Source: Auanema rhodensis
Taxonomy: Eukaryota > Animalia > Nematoda
Direction: 5' to 3'
Length of the DNA stretch: 64,000 bases
NCBI GenBank assembly: GCA_964057225.1
Contig: OZ059900.1
Coordinates: 8,122,001 to 8,186,000 of the forward strand
A program made the translations under genes and the position numbers. The notes beneath the pieces were generated by a model. The model was not told where the DNA came from, searched no databases, and saw only the letters and a program-made list of their open reading frames with translations. Below are positions 58,430 to 64,000 of the stretch, piece by piece; position 1 is the stretch's first letter, and every line of letters begins with the position of its first letter.

Positions 58430-61250
58430 GGCTAAATCAGTCAAACTTTTGATCCTAAGCATATTTTTTTCTTCTAAAACGACTAAATGTATGAAATACT
58501 GTCATAGAATGTTGATATAGGTGTATTTTGCACGAATATCAAAACTGATTGAAATTTGGGCCTTTTTATGCTCAAAACGCCATATATTCAACGATTTTGG
58601 GTACAAAACATGTGAAAACTGTATGTTTTGATCGGACCCTTTGAGATATGGATTTGAAATTCAGGATTCATAAACTTTGACTATTTTTACATATATATGT
58701 TCAATTTTAACCACTTTGGTCAAAAAGGACCGAAAATATCAAGAATTATTGGTTTTTTTGGGTTTGAAGGGCATTTTGGCAAAATCAGTCAAACTTTTGA
58801 TCTTAAGCATATTTTTTTCTTCTAAAACGACTAAATGTATGAAATACTGTCATAGATTGTTCATATAGGTGTATTTTGCACGAATATCAAAACTGATTGA
58901 AATATGGGCCTTTTTATGCTCCAAACGCCATATATTCAACGATTTTGGGTACAAAACATGTGAAAACTGTATGTTTTGATCAGACCCTTTGAGATATGGA
59001 TTTGAAATTCAGGATTCATAAACTTCGACTATTTCTACATATATATGTCCAATTTTAACCACTTTGGTCAAAAAGGACCGAAAATATCAAGAATTATTGG
59101 TTTTTTGGGGTTTGAAGGGCATTTTGGCAAAATCAGTCAAACTTTTGATCTTAAGCATATTTTTTTCTTCTAAAACGACTAAATGTATGAAATACTGTCA
59201 TAGAATGTTCATATAGGTGTATTTTGCACGAATATCAAAACTGATTGAAATATGGGCCTTTTTATGCTCAAAACGCCATATATTCAACGATTTTGGGTAC
59301 AAAACATGTGAAAACTGTATGTTTTGATCAGACCCTTTGAGATATGGATTTAAAATTCAGGATTCATAAACTTCGACTATTTTTACATATATATGTCCAA
59401 TTTTAACCACTTTGGTCAAAAAGGACCGAAAATATCAAGAATTATTGGTTTTTTGGGGTTTGAAGGGCATTTTGGCAAAATCAGTCAAACTTTTGATCTT
59501 AAGCATATTTTTTTCTTCTAAAACGACTAAATGTATGAAATACTGTCATAGAATGTTCATATAGGTGTATTTTGCACGATTATCAAAACTGATTGAAATA
59601 TGGGCCTTTTTATGCTCAAAACGCCATATATTCAACGATTTTGGGTACAAAACATGTGAAAACTGTATGTTTTGATCAGACCCTTTGAGATATGGATTTG
59701 AAATTCAGGATTCATAAACTTTGACTATTTTTACATATATATGTTCAATTTTAACCACTTTGGTCAAAAAGGACCGAAAATATCAAGAATTATTGGTTTT
59801 TTGGGGTTTGAAGGGCATTTTGGCAAAATCAGTCAAACTTTTGATCTTAAGCATATTTTTTTCTTCTAAAACGACTAAATGTATGAAATACTGTCAAAGA
59901 ATGTTCATATAGGTGTATTTTGCACGAATATCGAAACTGATTGAAATATGGGCCTTTTTATGCTCAAAACGCCATATATTCAACGATTTTGGGTACAAAA
60001 CATGTGAAAACTGTATGTTTTGATCAGACCCTTTGAGATATGGATTTGAAATTCAGGATTCATAAACTTTGACTATTTTTACATATATATGTTCAATTGT
60101 AACCACTTTGGTCAAAAAGGACCGAAAATATCAAGAATTATTGGTTTTTTGGGGTTTGAAGGGCATTTTGGCTAAATCAGTCAAACTTTTGATCTTAAGC
60201 ATATTTTTTTCTTCTAAAACGACTAAATGTATGAAATACTGTCATAGAATGTTGATATAGGTGTATTTTGCACGAATATCAAAACTGATTGAAATTTGGG
60301 CCTTTTTATGCTCAAAACGCCATATATTCAACGATTTTGGGTACAAAACATGTGAAAACTGTATGTTTTGATCAGACCCTTTGAGATATGGATTTGAAAT
60401 TCAGGATTCATAAACTTTGACTATTTTTACATATATATGTTCAATTTTAACCACTTTGGTCAAAAAGGACCGAAAATATCAAGAATTATTGGTTTTTTTG
60501 GGTTTGAAGGGCATTTTGGCAAAATCAGTCAAACTTTTGATCTTAAGCATATTTTTTTCTTCTAAAACGACTAAATGTATGAAATACTGTCATAGATTGT
60601 TCATATAGGTGTATTTTGCACGAATATCAAAACTGATTGAAATATGGGCCTTTTTATGCTCCAAACGCCATATATTCAACGATTTTGGGTACAAAACATG
60701 TGAAAACTGTATGTTTTGATCAGACCCTTTGAGATATGGATTTGAAATTCAGGATTCATAAACTTCGACTATTTCTACATATATATGTCCAATTTTAACC
60801 ACTTTGGTCAAAAAGGACCGAAAATATCAAGAATTATTGGTTTTTTGGGGTTTGAAGGGCATTTTGGCAAAATCAGTCAAACTTTTGATCTTAAGCATAT
60901 TTTTTTCTTCTAAAACGACTAAATGTATGAAATACTGTCATAGAATGTTCATATAGGTGTATTTTGCACGAATATCAAAACTGATTGAAATATGGGCCTT
61001 TTTATGCTCAAAACGCCATATATTCAACGATTTTGGGTACAAAACATGTGAAAACTGTATGTTTTGATCAGACCCTTTGAGATATGGATTTGAAATTCAG
61101 GATTCATAAACTTCGACTATTTTTACATATATATGTCCAATTTTAACCACTTTGGTCAAAAAGGACCGAAAATATCAAGAATTATTGGTTTTTTGGGGTT
61201 TGAAGGGCATTTTGGCAAAATCAGTCAAACTTTTGATCTTAAGCATATTT
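58430..61250. repeat. ~3-monomer block repeated at a 5-monomer (1740-bp) offset
   Basis: gttgata/aaatttgg; ggtttttttgg/agattg/ctccaaa; ttcga/tttct at 58513-59040 and 60253-60780. Confidence 0.85.
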
Positions 61251-61669
61251 TTTTCTTCTAAAACGACTAAATGTATGAAATACTGTCAAAGAATGTTCAT
61301 ATAGGTGTATTTTGCACGAATATCAAAACTGATTGAAATATGGGCCTTTTTATGCTCAAAACGCCATATATTCAACGATTTTGGGTACAAAACATGTGAA
61401 AACTGTATGTTTTGATCAGACCCTTTGAGATATGGATTTGAAATTCAGGATTCATAAACTTTGACTATTTTTACATATATATGTTCAATTTTAACTACTT
61501 TGGTCAAAAAGGACCGAAAATATCAAGAATTATTGGTTTTTTGGGGATTGAAGGGCATTTTGGCAAAATCAGTCAAACTTTTGATCTTAAGCATATTTTT
61601 TTCTTCTAAAACGACTAAATGTATGGAATACTGTCATAGAATGTTGATATAGGTGTATTTTGCACGAAT

Positions 61670-64000
61670 ATCGAAACTGATTGAAATATGGGCCTTTTTA
61701 TGCTCAAAACGCCATATATTCAACGATTTTGGGTACAAAACATGTGAAAACTGTATGTTTTGATCAGACCCTTTGAGATATGGATTTGAAATTCAGGATT
61801 CATAAACTTTGACTATTTTTACATATATATGTTCAATTTTAACCACTTTGGTCAAAAAGGACCGAAAATATCAAGAATTATTGGTTTTTTGGGGTTTGAA
61901 GGGCATTTTGGCAAAATCAGTCAAACTTTTGATCTTAAGCATATTTTTTTCTTCTAAAACAACTAAATGTAAGAAATACTGTCATAGAATGTTCATATAG
62001 GTGTATTTTGCACGAATATCAAAACTGATTGAAATATGGGCCTTTTTATGCTCAAAACGCCATATATTCAACGATTTTGGGTACAAAACATGTGAAAACT
62101 GTATGTTTTGATCAGACCCTTTGAGATATGGATTTGAAATTCAGGATTCATAAACTTTGACTATTTTACATATATATGTCCCATTTTAACCACTTTGGTC
62201 AAAAAGGACCGAAAATATCAAGAATTATTGGTTTTTTGGGGTTTGAAGGGCATTTTGGCAAAATCAGTCAAACTTTTGATCTTAAGCATATTTTTTTCTT
62301 CTAAAACGACTAAATGTATGGAATACTGTCATAGAATGTTGATATAAGTGTATTTTGCACGAATATCAAAACTGATTGAAATATGGGCCTTTTTATGCTC
62401 AAAACGCCATATATTCAACGATTTTGGGTACAAAACATGTGAAAACTGTATGTTTTGATCAGACCCTTTGAGATATGGATTTGAAATTCAGGATTCATAA
62501 ACTTTGACTATTTTCACATATATATGTTCAATTTTAACCACTTTGGTCAAAAAGGACCGAAAATATCAAGAATTATTGGTTTTTTGGGGTTTGAAGGACA
62601 TTTTGGCTAAATCAGTCAAACTTTTGATCTTAAGCATATTTTTTTCTTCTAAAACGACTAAATGTATGAAATACTGTCATAGAATGTTCATATAGGTGTA
62701 TTTTGCACGAATATCAAAACTGATTGAAATATGGGCCTTTTTATGCTCAAAACGCCATATATTCAACGATTTTGGGTACAAAACATGTGAAAACTGTATG
62801 TTTTGATCAGACCCTTTGAGATATGGATTTCAAATTCAGGATTCATAAACTTTGACTATTTTTACATATATATGTTCAATTTTAACTACTTTGGTCAAAA
62901 AGGACCGAAAATATCAAGAATTATTGGTTTTTTGGGGTTTGAAGGGCATTTTGGCAAAATCAGTCAAACTTTTGATCTTAAGCATATTTTTTTCTTCTAA
63001 AACGACTAAATGTATGAAATACTGTCAAAGAATGTTCATATAGGTGTATTTTGCACGAATATCGAAACTGATTGAAATATGGGCCTTTTTATGCTCAAAA
63101 CGCCATATATTCAACGATTTTGGGTACAAAACATGTGAAAACTGTATGTTTTGATCAGACCCTTTGAGATATGGATTTGAAATTCAGGATTCATAAACTT
63201 TGACTATTTTTACATATATATGTTCAATTTTAACCACTTTGGTCAAAAAGGACCGAAAATATCAAGAATTATTGGTTTTTTGGGGTTTGAAGGGCATTTT
63301 GGCAAAATCAGTCAAACTTTTGATCTTAAGCATATTTTTTTCTTCTAAAACAACTAAATGTATGAAATACTGTCATAGAATGTTCATATAGGTGTATTTT
63401 GCACGAATATCAAAACTGATTGAAATATGGGCCTTTTTATGCTCAAAACGCCATATATTCAACGATTTTGGGTACAAAACATGTGAAAACTGTATGTTTT
63501 GATCAGACCCTTTGAGATATGGATTTGAAATTCAGGATTCATAAACTTTGACTATTTTTACATATATATGTCCAATTTTAACCACTTTGGTCAAAAAGGA
63601 CCGAAAATATCAAGAATTATTGGTTTTTTGGGGTTTGAAGGGCATTTTGGCAAAATCAGTCAAACTTTTGATCTTAAGCATATTTTTTTCTTCTAAAACG
63701 ACTAAATGTATGGAATACTGTCATAGAATGTTGATATAAGTGTATTTTGCACGAATATCAAAACTGATTGAAATATGGGCCTTTTTATGCTCAAAACGCC
63801 ATATATTCAACGATTTTGGGTACAAAACATGTGAAAACTGTATGTTTTGATCAGACCCTTTGAGATATGGATTTGAAATTCAGGATTCATAAACTTTGAC
63901 TATTTTCACATATATATGTTCAATTTTAACCACTTTGGTCAAAAAGGACCGAAAATATCAAGAATTATTGGTTTTTTGGGGTTTGAAGGACATTTTGGCT
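61670..64000. repeat. Four-monomer (1391-bp) period repeat running to the window end
   Basis: tcgaaac; aacaact; atggaat/gatataag; ttcac/ggaca at 61673-62600 and 63064-63990. Confidence 0.82.

Larger units (their letters stand above)
1..64000. repeat. Tandem satellite DNA array, 348-bp monomer, ~184 head-to-tail copies, running off both window ends
   Basis: Sequence 1-348 recurs at 349, 697, etc. The ORF-track start at 216 recurs every 348 bp up to 63548 (=216+182x348-4). Only six short indels shift the register (-1 ~3133, +2 ~11855, -1 ~32720, -1 ~35155, -2 ~41648, -1 ~62165). No non-repeat sequence was seen. Confidence 0.99.

Noticed and set aside
1-64000. Giant repeat-protein gene (348 = 116 codons, so the frame is preserved between monomers)
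   Set aside because: No frame stays open across a monomer; the longest ORF in the track is 100 aa.
1-64000. CRISPR array, integron cassette array or other repeat-spacer system
   Set aside because: There are no variable spacers or cassettes; the full 348 bp is repeated, and no associated genes are present.
1-64000. Whole window as a sequencing concatemer or artefact
   Set aside because: Variants are shared in ordered, hierarchical blocks, including a duplicated indel. This fits evolutionary history rather than random error on a single template.

Overview
The whole 64 kb window is one uninterrupted head-to-tail tandem array of an AT-rich (~31% GC by hand count of copy 1) 348-bp monomer, about 184 copies, all in the same orientation. 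Copies differ from each other by only a few substitutions. This is satellite DNA, most consistent with a eukaryotic centromeric/pericentromeric or other heterochromatic array; I cannot identify the organism or family from the sequence. There are no credible genes, RNA genes, transposon insertions, inversions or CRISPR arrays. The many 63-100 aa ORFs are the same chance reading frames recurring every 348 bp. The informative structure lies at two other scales. (1) Within the monomer there are several dyad symmetries, a degenerate ~140-bp foldback and traces of an old ~174-bp dimer. (2) Across the array, shared diagnostic variants reveal nested block duplications with offsets of 1, 3, 4, 5, 6, 7, 10, 15, 18, 23, 29, 32 and 61 monomers, including a near-identical 8,004-bp (23-monomer) tandem duplication. 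I found no evidence of a novel protein-coding system. All comparisons were made by eye, and block boundaries are approximate.
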